DNA from: Camelus ferus
Taxonomy: Eukaryota
DNA length: 64,000 nt
Reading direction: 5' to 3'
Assembly (NCBI RefSeq): GCF_009834535.1
Contig: NC_045697.1
Location: forward strand, 46,874,001 to 46,938,000
The notes beneath the pieces are model-generated. The model had not been told where the DNA came from. It was given only the letters and a program-made list of their open reading frames with translations, and did not search any database. The position numbers and the translations under genes are program-made. This document shows, in pieces, positions 36,025 to 48,830 of this stretch (position 1 is its first letter; each line of letters opens with the position of its first letter).

Positions 36025-36562
36025 AACGATTACTATGTGCAAGTCACTGTCCCAAAGCTCCTGGCACATACTGTGTCATTTCATCCTCAGCAGGGCCCTG
36101 TGTACGGGGCACCATTACTCTCACCATTTCACAGATCAGGAAAGTGGAGCTTAGAGAGAATAAACAATTGAACTGAGGGGCTAGGATCCAGCCACAGTGT
36201 GTCTGTCTCCAGAGCCTGTTTTTTTGTTTTTGTTTTTTGTTTTTTTGTTTGTTTTGTATTTTATTAAACCATAGTTGATTTAAAATGCTGTGTTAGTTTC
36301 TGGTGTACAGCATATCGATTCAGTTATACATATATATATTTTTCTTTTTCATATTTTTTATCATTATAGGTCACTACAAGATATTGAATATAGTTCCCTG
36401 TGCTAAACAGTAGGACTTTGTTGTTTATCTATTTTATATACAGTAGTTAGCAGAGGAAATGCTAATTTGAAAAGACACATGCACTCCAATGTTCACAGCA
36501 GCACTGTTTACAACAGCCAGGACAGAGAGCTGTTTTTTTAACTACCACTTTGGGCTGCCTCT
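36025..36562 (-). mobile_element. MIR interrupted by an L1 insertion
   Basis: tcatttcatcctcag...ccatttcacagatcaggaaag...ctccagagcc, resuming after the insert as ttaactaccac...gctgcctc. Confidence 0.8.
36218..36522 (-). mobile_element. 5'-inverted (twin-primed) L1 insertion
   Basis: A minus-strand L1 3' end (36218-36450) is joined to a plus-strand ORF2 piece encoding [14 protein letters not shown] (about 36451-36522). TSD-like agagc(c)tgttttttt on both sides. Confidence 0.85.
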
Positions 36563-38119
36563 TGCCCAGGGTAGAAATATCTCACACACATAGAAGCGTA
36601 TATTATGCATATAGGAACAGAAAAGTTGCTGATACTAGTCTGGGTGGTGGAAGTTAAACCTTCCTTTTAGAATCTTTTATATCATTCCTTTACTGTAGTA
36701 ATTAAAAAAGATTTATGATGTATGGTTTGACCAATCAGTGTAATCTAAACTGGGTTATTGGATGGAGGTTCAATTACAATAAGTCTGATGTAAAATTTTA
36801 ATTTGATTTAAAAAATAATTCTAAGTGTGTAAACTTAAATGAGCATTAAAATAGTAGAATCACTTATTTTTTTCTAATGATATAATAATGTTTACTAAAA
36901 TTTATTGGGATAATACAATGGTTTGTTGAAAGACAACAATAAGCCAATTTCCTTCCTGATGCTTGTGTCACTCTCTCAGGGGAGTTGGGTTGCACATTCA
37001 ACGGATGTATCAACTCTTTGAGACCAGTATGATACACTGAGTATGCCTTTAGTGGCCTGAAAATGCAGGTGATTAAGCATGCAGAGGCCAAGTGACAAAT
37101 GGCAGTGATCCCAACCATTTCTCAATGAAGACTTCTTGTTTAGGAATTTATAAGAAAGTAATCACTTAGTAAGATCTATCACCTACTTCACAGGCTTCAA
37201 TTCTTCATCTCACTAACACATTGAGCTCAATTTTCCTTGGTGTCTAAATTGCTTCCTGATTCTAATTTAAGGGTTTAGGGAGGAATCCTAACTCATTTAG
37301 GCTCCTTGGTACTGTTAAGACTAGTGAAATATATTTCAGAAAAGGGTGCCATTCGGACAACATTTTCAAAAAATTGTTCAGCCCACAAGCTTATCGCTAG
37401 CCTGACCACTTACAAATTTCAGAAAGTAAGGCATGTAGCCATTTAGCACCTAATCCTTGCAATTACGTAAAGGACAGTATTATCAGGCAAAATTTATGCA
37501 AGCCTTAAAATTATGTTTCAGAAGCAAAGGACAGTTTTGCAGAGGTTATGTAGGTAATTTGCTAAATCACTGATAATTTACTGATCCCTTGATTTGAGGG
37601 GGCTTGTTATTGTTCTTAAATAAAACCAAAATTATTAGTTTTATCTATGACTCCTAAATTTTTTAAAGCTCACAGTCTAGGAAGAATTTCTATAAAGAAG
37701 TATAACCCTATATAGCGAAAATACTCTAATATGTGAAATACGTATTAACCCTATGCAGACATATGACTATTACTAAAATATTAAGTTATAAAACTATGGA
37801 TATTGATTTAGGAAAGGAATGGAGTTAAAAGAAATAGTCTAGAACTACTTCCTGGGCTTAATCTCTCTCTCTCTCTCTTTTTTTTTTTTTAAATGGAGGC
37901 AGGGTAACATCTAATCAAGCATAAGTCTGGTTTTAGTGGCTTTAATTTTATATGTGAGCTAAAAAGCAACAGATATGAAAGCATACGTAACTGCTTCAAT
38001 CAGAAATGCAGAATAGCTGTACTTTAAGTCATTCACAGAATATTTCCTTCACAGCAGATAGAACCTTGGACCCTCAAATCACACTATTTTGAAACTAACA
38101 TTTATTATTTGTTATGTTC

Positions 38120-38340
38120 TGCTCTAGCAGATAAGCCCAATGGTAGTTTCTTTTAAAATATTAACTCTTACAACAATCTTAAGAGAGAGCTACTAGTATA
38201 GTATTTATCAGATGAGGAAACTGGGGCTTAAGAAAGTTTAAATGGCTTTCTAGAAATGACTTGGTAAGAGGCCAAAAACCAGGATGTTTAATCACAAAAC
38301 TGAAGCCTTTGATCACCGTGATATTTTAACCACTTCTGTC
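38120..38340 (-). mobile_element. MIR SINE
   Basis: cttacaacaatctt...cagatgaggaaactggggcttaagaaagtt. Confidence 0.7.
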
Positions 38341-38821
38341 CAATTCTTACTGGAAGCTAAGTTTTCCAAAATTTATTTATTGAAGCTTTCCTGAAAAACT
38401 GGTCATGCTGTTCTTTTACTTCTTTAAATATTCTAATTCCAAATTTGATCAGCAAGTGATGCTTAAAAGCCATAATTTTACCTTTACATAATTGCTTGTA
38501 AAGGAATTATGCTGCAGTGTTTGACACAAACCTACACAGAGGATTATTATTAGAAAGAGGCATATAAAATTCATTACTGTATAACAGAAGTTGTTGAAAA
38601 CATCATCAGCCCCACCAAAAGAGAATCCTCTTGTTTTTTAAATGGAAAGCTATGTTTTTTATTTCTTTACATTCTAGAAAAATTAGAAGACAGTATGAAA
38701 AATGAAGAAAGTTGTTTAAAACACTCATAACCCCCACTACTCAATGTCAATAATGATAAATCTTTGGAGTCTGACTTTCTCGGCTAATTTTCTATGCTAA
38801 TATATTAAAAGATTTGTTAAC

Positions 38822-39241
38822 TATAGTGGTCTGCTCTGGCTGCCCTAAGAAAATGCCACAACTTGGTGGCTTAAACAACAGAAATGTATTTTCTCACAGT
38901 TCTTCAGGCTGGGAGTCCCCAGATCAAGGTGTGGCAGAGTGAGTTTCTGGTGAGACCAATCTCACTGGCTTGCAGACAGCCTCCTTCTTACTGTGTCCTC
39001 ATATGGCCTTCTCCTCTGTGTGTTCACACTGCAGCAGGAAGATGGGGGTGTGGATGCGACACATCTCTGGCACCTCTTCCTCTTATAAATATACTAGTCC
39101 TATCGGATTAGGGTCCCACACTTATGACCTCATTTAACCTTAATTATTTCTTTAAAGGTCCTATCTTCCCATGTATTCACATGGGGGATTAGGGCTTCAA
39201 CATATAAATGGGGAGAGGGGGACCCAATTCAGTTAATAACA
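38822..39241 (-). mobile_element. MLT1A-type MaLR solo LTR
   Basis: ggtggcttaaacaacagaaatgtattttctcacagttct...atgacctcatttaaccttaatta...ttagggcttcaacatat. Confidence 0.9.
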
Positions 39242-39249
39242 TTAGGTAT

Positions 39250-39950
39250 AAAATAATACTTTACATGATTGTTTTACAACCTGATTTTGCTCTAATCAGT
39301 GTAATGTGAACATCTTAGCACATCAAGAAATATCTATCTATAGTTTCACTGTTATTCTAATAGATGAGATGTCCCATAATTTATTAAAATAAAATCTTCA
39401 TTGTTGAGTCTTGTTGAGAATACTTGAGTTTTCCTTATTGTAAACAATATTGCTAGTAGCTTTTTTGCAGCTACACAAAGCTTTGTTTAGATCTTGGATT
39501 TCCTGAGGATATATTTCCAGTAGAAAAATTGCTGAGTCAAACAGTAAGTAGACTATTAAGACCTTTTGTATGTATTGCAAACATACCTTTCAGAAAAATT
39601 ATATCAAGCAGTGCTTGAGACTGTTGGTTTGCTGAATCCTTACAAAAAATGTGTATTAGTTTTTGGCAATTTGATATGTAAAAAACTGACTTCTATTTGA
39701 TGTTTCAATTTGCATTTCTATTATTTCTAATAAGATCAGGGTTTCAAAAATGGTTTTTAGTCATTTGTATTTCTTTTTTGAGGATTGTCTGTTCACGTCC
39801 CTTACCTCTTTTTCTATTAGAGTGCTCATCCTTTTGTCATTAAAATACATAAGAGCCATTAACCCTTTTTAGTATCACATCCATTTCATTTTTCCAGTTT
39901 GCATTTTATTTTATGTGTATTATTTTCTGATATTTTAAATATTTTGATCA
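39250..39950 (-). mobile_element. Old L1ME fragment
   Basis: agtagaaaaattgctgagtcaa, tttcaatttgcatttct and tcatttgtatttctt are antisense L1 ORF2/3' motifs. Confidence 0.75.
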
Positions 39951-40150
39951 TACTATCAGAAAAAGTCTACTTCTCCGAGACAATAGTGCCTTTTTGTATT
40001 ATGGACCCTATGCATTATATAACTGATTTTGTTTTTCTTTCCTCTGACTACAAGTAAGGTTAGAAACAAATTTATAACCTACCTCTAACAACTATGGAAA
40101 ATAAGAAATAGGCGCACTTCTATAGGATAATATAGTACTTTACTATGTTC

Positions 40151-40218
40151 TTTTTTTTTAATTGAGATATAGTTGATTTACAATGTGTTAGTTTCTGGTG
40201 CACAGCATAGTGATTCAG

Positions 40219-40269
<51 letters not shown>

Positions 40270-40518
40270 TATGTATGTATTCTTTTCATATTCTTTTCAT
40301 TATAGATTATTACAAGCTATTGAATATAGTTCCCTGTGCTCTACTGTAGGACCTTGTTGTTTATTTATTTGTATATAGTAGTTTGTATCTGTTAATCCTA
40401 AACTCCTAATTTACCCCTCACTTTCCCCTTTGCTAACCATAAGTTTGTTTTCTATGTCTGTGAGTCTGTTTTTGTTCTGTAAATAAGTTCATTTGTCATT
40501 TTTTTAATATTCCACATA
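40151..40518 (-). mobile_element. Cetartiodactyl-type L1 3' end with a (TA)n(CA)n microsatellite (40221-40270)
   Basis: T tail and L1 3' UTR motifs. TSD tactatgttctt (40141-40152) / tactgtgttctt (40519-40530). Confidence 0.9.
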
Positions 40519-41699
40519 TACTGTGTTCTTATATTTATTTCTATTCATCAAAGTTTCCTCAGCTACTTAAGATACTTCTGTAGTATGTGTGCATGTATGT
40601 GTTGTGTGTGTTGCAAGATACTTCAAACAACTTCAAAGTTTAGAATACATTCATTTGACTACCATTAATAATTGAGTTAAATATTCCTCATTTGTTCAAA
40701 TATAATAAATAAGAGATAAAATCAACTTTAGTTGTGGGCCTTTTTCTTTTCTCTTTTGAGGCCTGGATACTTGTTCATGATTTATAAACTGGTTTGAAGA
40801 TAATTCTGAATGCAAAGCTCTAAAACTGTCAATGCTGACATCATTGGAACAGTTAGAAACTCCAGGGAAAAAATTTAGCCTAAATAGATACAATTTTAAA
40901 AATATTTGTTTAAAATATTATAGCTCAACAAATAAATTTGTCTTGCAATACATATATATAATGTTTTCAACATACTTTCATTCTATATACATAAAAAGTC
41001 CAATGAAGTTGAATAGAAAAATTCTTAGTTGACTTAACTAGTAAGAGTCTGTATGAAATAGCACACTAGATGATCCTCTGGCTTTAAGGAAAACTTGGCC
41101 ATAGAAACCAGTTTTAGCTTTTAACTGTTCTAAGTACAACCCTGCCATGTAGATAGATGATAAACAACATATATATAAATGTCTATAATCCTAAATCTTT
41201 TAGAAACATCACTACATATTAATAAGCAAGTCAAGTTATTCACCAGTTCACATTGTAATTCTGGTTGATTTTTGTTTCCTTTATATTAAGCTAATGGCCA
41301 ATAAAGAGATTTTGAGAAGATGAATTTCATTTTATGTTTATGTAAGACCAGAATCCTGAAAGTTCAATTGAGGAAAACATTACAGAACTCAGGGAAGGGT
41401 AAATACTAGCCACACATCACAAGATTCATCTGTTTGAAATGCAATGTGAACAAAGATAGTAGAAAGGACACAAGAGGTTGAAGTTATTATTTTAACAGCT
41501 TCACAATAGTGCTCATTAGGAAGTACCTCTAAATAACTCAATAACCACTCGAAGTGGCTTAAATACTCACCACTTACTGTGTGCCTATAAATCTGGGTCT
41601 AAGTTTAGGAGTAATAATTTAGAAAACTGAGAGGCTCAAATGGAATATTTATATGGAATATATATATTCCATATAAGGAGGAGGACAGGTGAGAAGGAT

Positions 41700-41711
41700 T
41701 TTAATCACAAA

Positions 41712-41749
<38 letters not shown>

Positions 41750-42500
41750 AAACAGAATCTTCTACAGATTCAACCACATAAAAATTTAAGTCCTAAACAC
41801 TAAAAATATAAACATCAAAATAAAAGGGGAAACTAAAAATAAAAAATCTTCCTCATATACAGCAGGCAAAGGATTATTGACTTTAATAAAAAAAGGGCTC
41901 TAACAAGTAGTGTGAAAACATTAGAATCCTAGTAGAAAAACTGGCAAAAGACAAAGATCTGATGATTCATGGAGAAAGTAAAATAAATATGAACAGGTAA
42001 ACAATGCTAACTAAATTAACTAAATTAAAATGATTTTCCATGTTTTATTTATCAATATTCAATAATGTTGAAAAACTACTGAAATCGGCAATCTCATTTA
42101 GTGCTGATAAATTTGATATGATATTTCTATAAGCAATTTTACTACATGTACAAAGACCTTTAAAAAGAAGTCCACGGTCCTTGATATATTAATCCTATTC
42201 CTAGGAATCTACTTTAAGATTTGCCCAAAGAGTTCTGGAAAGATGTTTTTATAGCATTATTTATAATGGCTAAAACTTGGGAACAAAGTAAATGTCTAAT
42301 GAGTAAATGAATTAAAGAATAGTGATGCATTATGTTTTAAAACACTTTAAAACCTTATTTTCAAGGAGTATCATGAAACTTACAATAAAACTAAAAAAAT
42401 CTTAAAAAAAAATGAAATTCTACATATGGTCTGAATCCAATTGGTTAAAAAAAGTTATAAATTTAATGTAAAATTGTATACAAATACATACAAATAAATA
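41700..42500 (+). mobile_element. Old L1ME fragment with an expanded poly(A) (41715-41746)
   Basis: Decayed ORF2-end motifs (ctattcctaggaatctac; tatagcattatttataatggctaaaacttgg). Confidence 0.7.
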
Positions 42501-42859
42501 TGTATATTATATATAATTATTACACATCTATTTTCCTGTATTTTTGAATTGGGACTTTGACTTCCTGAAAACAAGAAGGTACAGTGGAAAACAACTTTGT
42601 CAGGAACTAGTAAGAAGGCATCTGCACCAACGGAAAACCAAGGATTTCACAGTGAGTTGCACAGATGAAAGGTTTGTGAAGGATGGAAGACTCCAATTGG
42701 AAGAACAAAAGGAATCAATGGTAAGAAAACTCAATTTGCCATCATTTTTGTAACTGTTTGAGTTGCTTCCAGCCATAGGGTCTCTAATTATGAGTTCTAT
42801 GCACTTTCTTACATGAAGCATTTCATTTCTTCTATGGCTCTTATATGGAGAACAACTTC

Positions 42860-43410
42860 CCTAAATGTTCTCCTAAAATCTATTCTCCCAAATAACTCCT
42901 ACTTATGCCTCAGGTCTTTAAAGTCATTTCTTTTTGAAAGCCCCAAATCTGCCCAGAACAGGTCAAGTCCCCTGTTTATACAATATCATCACACTTATTT
43001 CCCTTATCACTAATGTAATTAAATAATTAAGTGGATGATTGGTTGCTTAATGCCACCTTCCTTTTTCCCTGAACATAAGTTCTATGAGCATATAGACCAG
43101 CTCTATCTTGTTCACTGCTCTGTCGCCAAGGCCCAGCAAATAATAAATAGCATATTACTATGTGCCAGGTACCCTCAAGCACTTCAAGTGTATTCATTCA
43201 GTTTATCTTCACAACAATCCTATGAGAGAGATACTAAAATAATCTTCATTTGAAGAGGAAACTGAGGCACAAAGTGCCAAGGTCATAGAACTAGTAAAGA
43301 GGGGGCCAGGATTCAAACTCAGGCAGCCTGGCATCCTTAACCATGACCTCCTTGTTACAGGTATCCCACTCATGAATATTTGAGTGAATATTTAGAGAAA
43401 TGAGTGAGGA
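42860..43410 (+). mobile_element. L2 3' end interrupted by a minus-strand MIR (about 43140-43350)
   Basis: The L2 tail (tatcttgttcactgct...actcatgaatatttgagtgaat) is split by a MIR (cttcacaacaatcctatgag...gaggaaactgaggcac...ggattcaaactcaggc). Confidence 0.8.
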
Positions 43411-45739
43411 ACTACATTGGCAATAAACTGTGTATTTGCTATGAATTAAGCCCAGTAGAGACATGTCCTGTAACAGCTGTAGCTCATCATTTCATGGTCA
43501 CCTGACCATAATAGATGCATAGGACTCCAATTCTATAATGGAAATACCAAGAACAAAGGTCCATAGACACCCTCATTAGAAATTCAATTATAATGATTTC
43601 TTTAGAATAATAGACTATGTGAGGCTTTCAATTTCAATGACAGGAATCTGAAATTAAAAGATCTGGAGTAAAGGCATAAATGGTTTTATGATACATATAT
43701 GCATCCACTCTAATTATAACAACTGACCAACCACAAAGCTCTCTCTTTTTTGCATGCTCTTATTTCCTGTTGAAACCAGCTTTGAAAGAGGGGCTGTAAT
43801 TGCAAACAAGTTGTGCAGAATAAACAAGCCATTATTGTAATGAGGATGATTCTTGCTGAGGATTATTTTTAAAAGCCAAATTATAGACTCTCAGTGTAAA
43901 TTGTATGTTTGTTTTTTTTTTTGTCACTTGCTTTCAAATCTGGTTCTTATTTGCATTTTGCCTGACCTTCTAGTTAGAGCACAAGTTCACAGAGCCCCTT
44001 CTGAAGCTATAATGAGCTTAGGTAATAACCACCACATAATTGTGTTCAACTGCATACAAGTGTTTACTTTTTACTGTTGTGCGTCTGCCTCCGAGATTTT
44101 TGAGATGTAATTATGCATTGCAAAATTCGCCAGTTGCCAACCTTGTTTGGACTATTTTTGCTTTGTTTCACATTGAAGCTGCTTAAGTGTATAAGTAGAG
44201 GTATAAAACAGCCAGGTTTTCCAGACTAGAAAATTACTGTTGCTTAAATGGCAGAATTTCTGCTCTGTGGTTTCCTATTTCCATGCCTTGCCTCAGCTAC
44301 ATATCTTTTTAACCATCTGTTTCTTTCTGGCGACCAGTGACAGGGAGGCAAGCAACTGTATCTATATTACTATGTGGTTTGACATCTGGCATCTAAATCC
44401 AACCATGGTACTTATTTGTGAATTGTTTAAATAGAAGATCATATTAGTTACACTTGCAGATCCCTCTTCATTAACATCTTCAACCCTGCTTATGCTAGAA
44501 CGGCGTACCATTTCCCACAGAGATAGAATATGCATATTTTCCTGCAGGTTGCATAGAATCTGGGTACGTGAATATGAAATTTTTTAAGTAGCAAAAATAC
44601 ACTACATATGAATTAAAATTGTAAATTTCAGATATGTTAGAGGGAGGTTCAGCAGACATCGCAATGTGCACATGCCTTTAAGTATTCCCAAGACTGCTTT
44701 TGAATGAATTATAAAACTCTGTTGAAATGGTGAATATAACATACACGTATCTTATTGGACAAAAATATTACTGACCCAGGGTCATTTGGAAAATTATGCT
44801 GTTCTCCCTAGAAAAGAAGAACACTATACTCTCTTCTCTTCCCCTTGTGGCTTAAAATGTGCATTTTAAGAAATGGCTAACTAGTATTAGGGTACAGTTG
44901 GATGCCCCAGAGCTCAGTAGAGACCAAAACATCCAGAAAATAAAACAATGGCTTTGATATTATTAGCACTACTAACCACATAGTTAACAAATAACAGGCA
45001 TGATCTATTCATAATCTGTTAATTCTTCTTACTAGTTATTGACTTCCGTGCTCAGTTAAGACCACTTGAGAATTCGGAGAGCCAAGAGCAACTCAGCTTG
45101 TAAGAATAATTCTGCATTAAAAATAATCTCAGAAAAAGAGGTGTGATTTTGGTAGTGTTCTCTGGGGCATAAGAGGAGAGACAAGAGATTGATCCCCTCC
45201 CCACCTCTACCCATAAAGAGGTATAGACTCTACCTGGACCACGAGGAGCCTCCCAAAACTAGTCTGGTTTCATTCCTTGCTTCTCTGCTCTCTTACTCTC
45301 TTAAAGAGGTATACCACAATGTGATTATTATCGCAGAGAGCAGACGTGACATCTGTTTAACAAACTGCCTGAGAAATATTACTTTGCAGGTTCTATAGAA
45401 AAATTACTTAAAAAGCAAAACCAAAGTAAACCAGGGGCACATTTACCAGCTCCTTCAGCTGAAACTCTAAATTCTCTTTAAATATGCTTAAAGGTATTGT
45501 AATTACCCTGCACAATCTTTCCTATCTACACACCTGTATTCTTTATCCATCTATAGAAATTAAATTCATCTTTTATGACTCAGCTCAAATGTCCCTTCAT
45601 CTGTGAAGTCTTCCTTGACTCTCCTAGATGAGGTGCTTTGATGGAGGTCTCCTCTGTATTCTGAAATACTGGTATTATACTGCATATTCCTCTATTGGAG
45701 TCTCTATGAAAGTGTGTTTAGATCGTTGGCTTATACAGT

Positions 45740-46135
45740 AGCTCCAGCCAGCTCGTGCCATAACAGGGTAATATAACAAACCCAATGGTACCAGTGGCAT
45801 AGAACAATAAGCATTTATTTGACTCTCAGGCCCATGGGTCAGCTGGGTGGGTATGCTACTCTAAGTGTTTTGTGTGTTGTCCAGGCTAGGAAGCAGAAGA
45901 CAAGGGGGAGCTCTTCTTAAGGCAACAGAATGACAAAGGCATAAGAGAGCAAGCAGAATTATGTGAGGCCTCTTAAGTCTTGGCTCAAAACTGTCACTTC
46001 TGCCCACATACCACTGGCCAAAGCAAGGCATGTGGCCAATTCCAAAGTCACTTCAGGCATCCTGAGGCCATGGTAAGAATGTGGATGCAGGGAAGGGGTG
46101 AAAACATTAGGGCCAATAATTCAGTCTACGACAGT
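45740..46135 (-). mobile_element. MLT1-type MaLR LTR
   Basis: aacaataagcatttatt...ggctcaaaactgtcacttctgcccacataccactggccaaagcaag. Confidence 0.75.
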
Positions 46136-46141
46136 GGTAGT

Positions 46142-46626
46142 TGTTGCGCTGAACAATGCAGGCCTGCCAGCCCTGTACTTGTGCAGCCAACACTGAAGAA
46201 CTCAGACTCAGTGACAGAGACATCAATGGTTCAGTGGATAGGGGCATCTTACATGTCTGAAGCAAGGTTCTGGAGCCACACCCCACTGTGTGTGGCAGAG
46301 GGCAGGCAGGACATGGTGGCAGTCTTTGCTCCAGGGCTGGGTGGTGGGGGGGTGGGGAGCAGAGGCAGTGCAGTTACAGGGGAAACTGATAGGTTGGCTC
46401 ATTGGTTACCAGGTAAACTAGCAGAGGGCACCCCCCTCACCAACCTTTTGATAAACTATGATGGTGGAGCTGTTCTGATCTAAAGGTTATAACAATCACT
46501 GGTTGGGTCTGAGAGCAAGTATGTAGGAAGGTATGTCATGTGAGTTGCATGTAGGTGAAACAGGCACCTGTCAGCAGGGGATGTACAGAGAGCAAGAGAA
46601 CAGCCATCCGGGTGCCTGACCATACA
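46142..46626 (-). mobile_element. ERV solo LTR (family not assigned)
   Basis: About 485 bp with TGT...ACA termini, GC-richer than its flanks, and LTR-like organisation. Confidence 0.6.
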
Positions 46627-46824
46627 CCAGTACAGCAAATGTCACACATTCAATAGCTTTTTTATGGATGAATGACTAAATAAACAAAAATATTCAGAAT
46701 GAATCCAAAGTTGTCAAAATAAAACATACCTTTAAATAAATAACTATACATGTTATTTATCTGGTGTTCAAATCCTCTTTATTAAGCTTTGAGTTATCCA
46801 TTTAAACTACTTGGCTTAAGTGCC

Positions 46825-47359
46825 TGTAATAGTTTCCTATTGTTGCTGTAATAAATTATCACAAATTTAGTGGCTTAAAACAACACATGTTTATCATCTC
46901 ATAGTTGTGAAGATCAGAAGTTTGAAATGGGTCTCACTGGGCTAGAATCAAAGTATTGGAAAGCCTATACTCCTTTCAGAGCCTTCAGAGGAGAGAAGTC
47001 ATTTTCTTGCCTTTTTCAGCTTCTGAAGGCTGCCCTTACTCCTTGGCTCATGGTCCCCTTCCATCTTTAAAGCCAGCAAATGTCAGTCAAATCTTTCTCA
47101 CATCACATCATTTTGATGCTTTTCTGCCTTCCTCTTCTACTTTTAAAGGACTCTTATGTACTGGGCTCAGTCAGAAAACCCAGAATAATCTCTTTATTTT
47201 AAATTCAGCTAATTAGCACCCTTAATTCCATCTACAACCTTAACTTCCCTTTGTCATATAACCTAACATATTCACAAGTTCCGTGGAGTAGAATGTAGAC
47301 ATACATCTTAAGGCAGGGGGGAAACAGAGGAGATGAGAACAATTATTCTATCTACCACA
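46825..47359 (-). mobile_element. MLT1C/D-type MaLR solo LTR
   Basis: tgtaatagtttcctattgttgctgtaataaattatcacaaatttagtggcttaaaacaacac...attattctatctaccaca. Confidence 0.9.
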
Positions 47360-48604
47360 TGGCTATAACATGTTATAATGGAAAAAGCACAGATCTAGGA
47401 AATACTTTTAGTTTGAATCTTAGAATTAACCAGAAATAGTAAATTGGACAAGTCCTTTCAAATTTCAGTTGTTTCTGGTGAAATGAAAAGGTTGTCCTAG
47501 CTGATCTCTAAGGCTCTTTCCAATTCAAATTCCCTTGGTTCTATGAATATAGTACATCTAATTAAACCTGAGTGTTAGAAGAGATTAAACCCTTATTCAT
47601 CATCATAAAAAAAAAAAAAAGAGTATCAGGTAAGAACAGTGTTATGGGAAGACAGAGGAGGGTCATTAATCTCTCTGGGTGGCTATAGGGGGCTTCATGA
47701 AGGAGATGAGGGCTGAGCTTATATGCCCCTGGAGTGTAAGAACAAAGGCATTCTGGGTGTGCCAACCAACGTAGAGGGCACAGGGATTGAAAGGGCATTG
47801 GCTATGTAAGACACAGGGCATGGAGAGAATGGAGAAAAATTCCATGTGGACAGAGCATTAAGATGCAAGAGAAGGGGCTAGAAGTACAGAGTCAGGCCCA
47901 ATTGTGGTGCCTTCCGTAGGCAGAGGAGAGACACCAGTCTTTTTTATTATTATTATTATTCAACAAAGGAATGACATAATAGTTTTTTTTCACAATAGGT
48001 TTTATATGTTTTATAAAGACAAGGCAGAATAATGATTGCCTTAAAGATCTAAAAAGCCAAAAAAAGAGAAAGAATAAAGCATTTCTGTGTCTAAGCTTAC
48101 TATCATTTTTTATATATAAAAAATCCATTTATTTAGAATAAAAGTATTTCAAACTCACCATTTAAAAATAGAATTATACAAACTGAGTAAGATTATCTAT
48201 ATAAATAAAGTTTAGAGAATTAAATAAATTTTCAATCCCACTCAAAGTGACTGCTTGCTGTATTTACTAACCTCTCACTGACAAAACTTTCTTGAGCATC
48301 TAATCCTATAGGTCCTTGTTTATTTCCTGCTATTTAGCAGTCTAGCAGAGTCCAAAGCTCTGGGATATTTAATTGCCAGTTTAATTAACATTATCTCATC
48401 CTTAACAGAAACACAGAGATCCTGAATGATCAGAATATGTTATTCCAACTGAATCTCTCAAAGATGTGTTCAGATAAGATAGGAGTCTTTTCTTCCTTGT
48501 CTCTGCTTCCTTGCAGTTTTCCAATGTGCCAATCTTGCTCCAACCTGGGCGGGGGTTGGGTGGGGGCATTCACCCTGCTGTTTCTCGACATAAGCCTCTC
48601 CACC

Positions 48605-48830
48605 CTGACAGCAGAGTGGTGTCCATGGTGGAGTCACTCAGGACGCCCTTGAGACAAACTATCTGGATTCAACCTGACTCTACCACTTACTTGTGCAACA
48701 TTAAGATCCTTAACTACTCTATGTCTTAGCTTCTCCATCTGTAAAATAAGGATAAAAATAATACATGCTGCAAAGGGTTGTTATAAGCATTAGATGAGTC
48801 AAATTTCTGTAAAGTGCTTAGAAAACAGGC
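48605..48830 (+). mobile_element. MIR SINE
   Basis: ctggattcaacctgactctaccacttac...catctgtaaaataag...gtaaagtgcttagaa. Confidence 0.8.

Noticed and set aside
42544..42753. Purine-rich ORF ending near ATG|gtaaga as a coding exon
   Set aside because: There is no convincing acceptor or recognisable peptide, and it is adjacent to decayed LINE sequence.
45980..46483. 167-aa ORF
   Set aside because: It spans the junction of two unrelated LTRs and has no recognisable domain.
47560..47625. Minus-strand ATGATGA as a snoRNA C box
   Set aside because: No suitably placed CTGA D box or terminal stem. It is a short (ATG)n repeat next to a T run.
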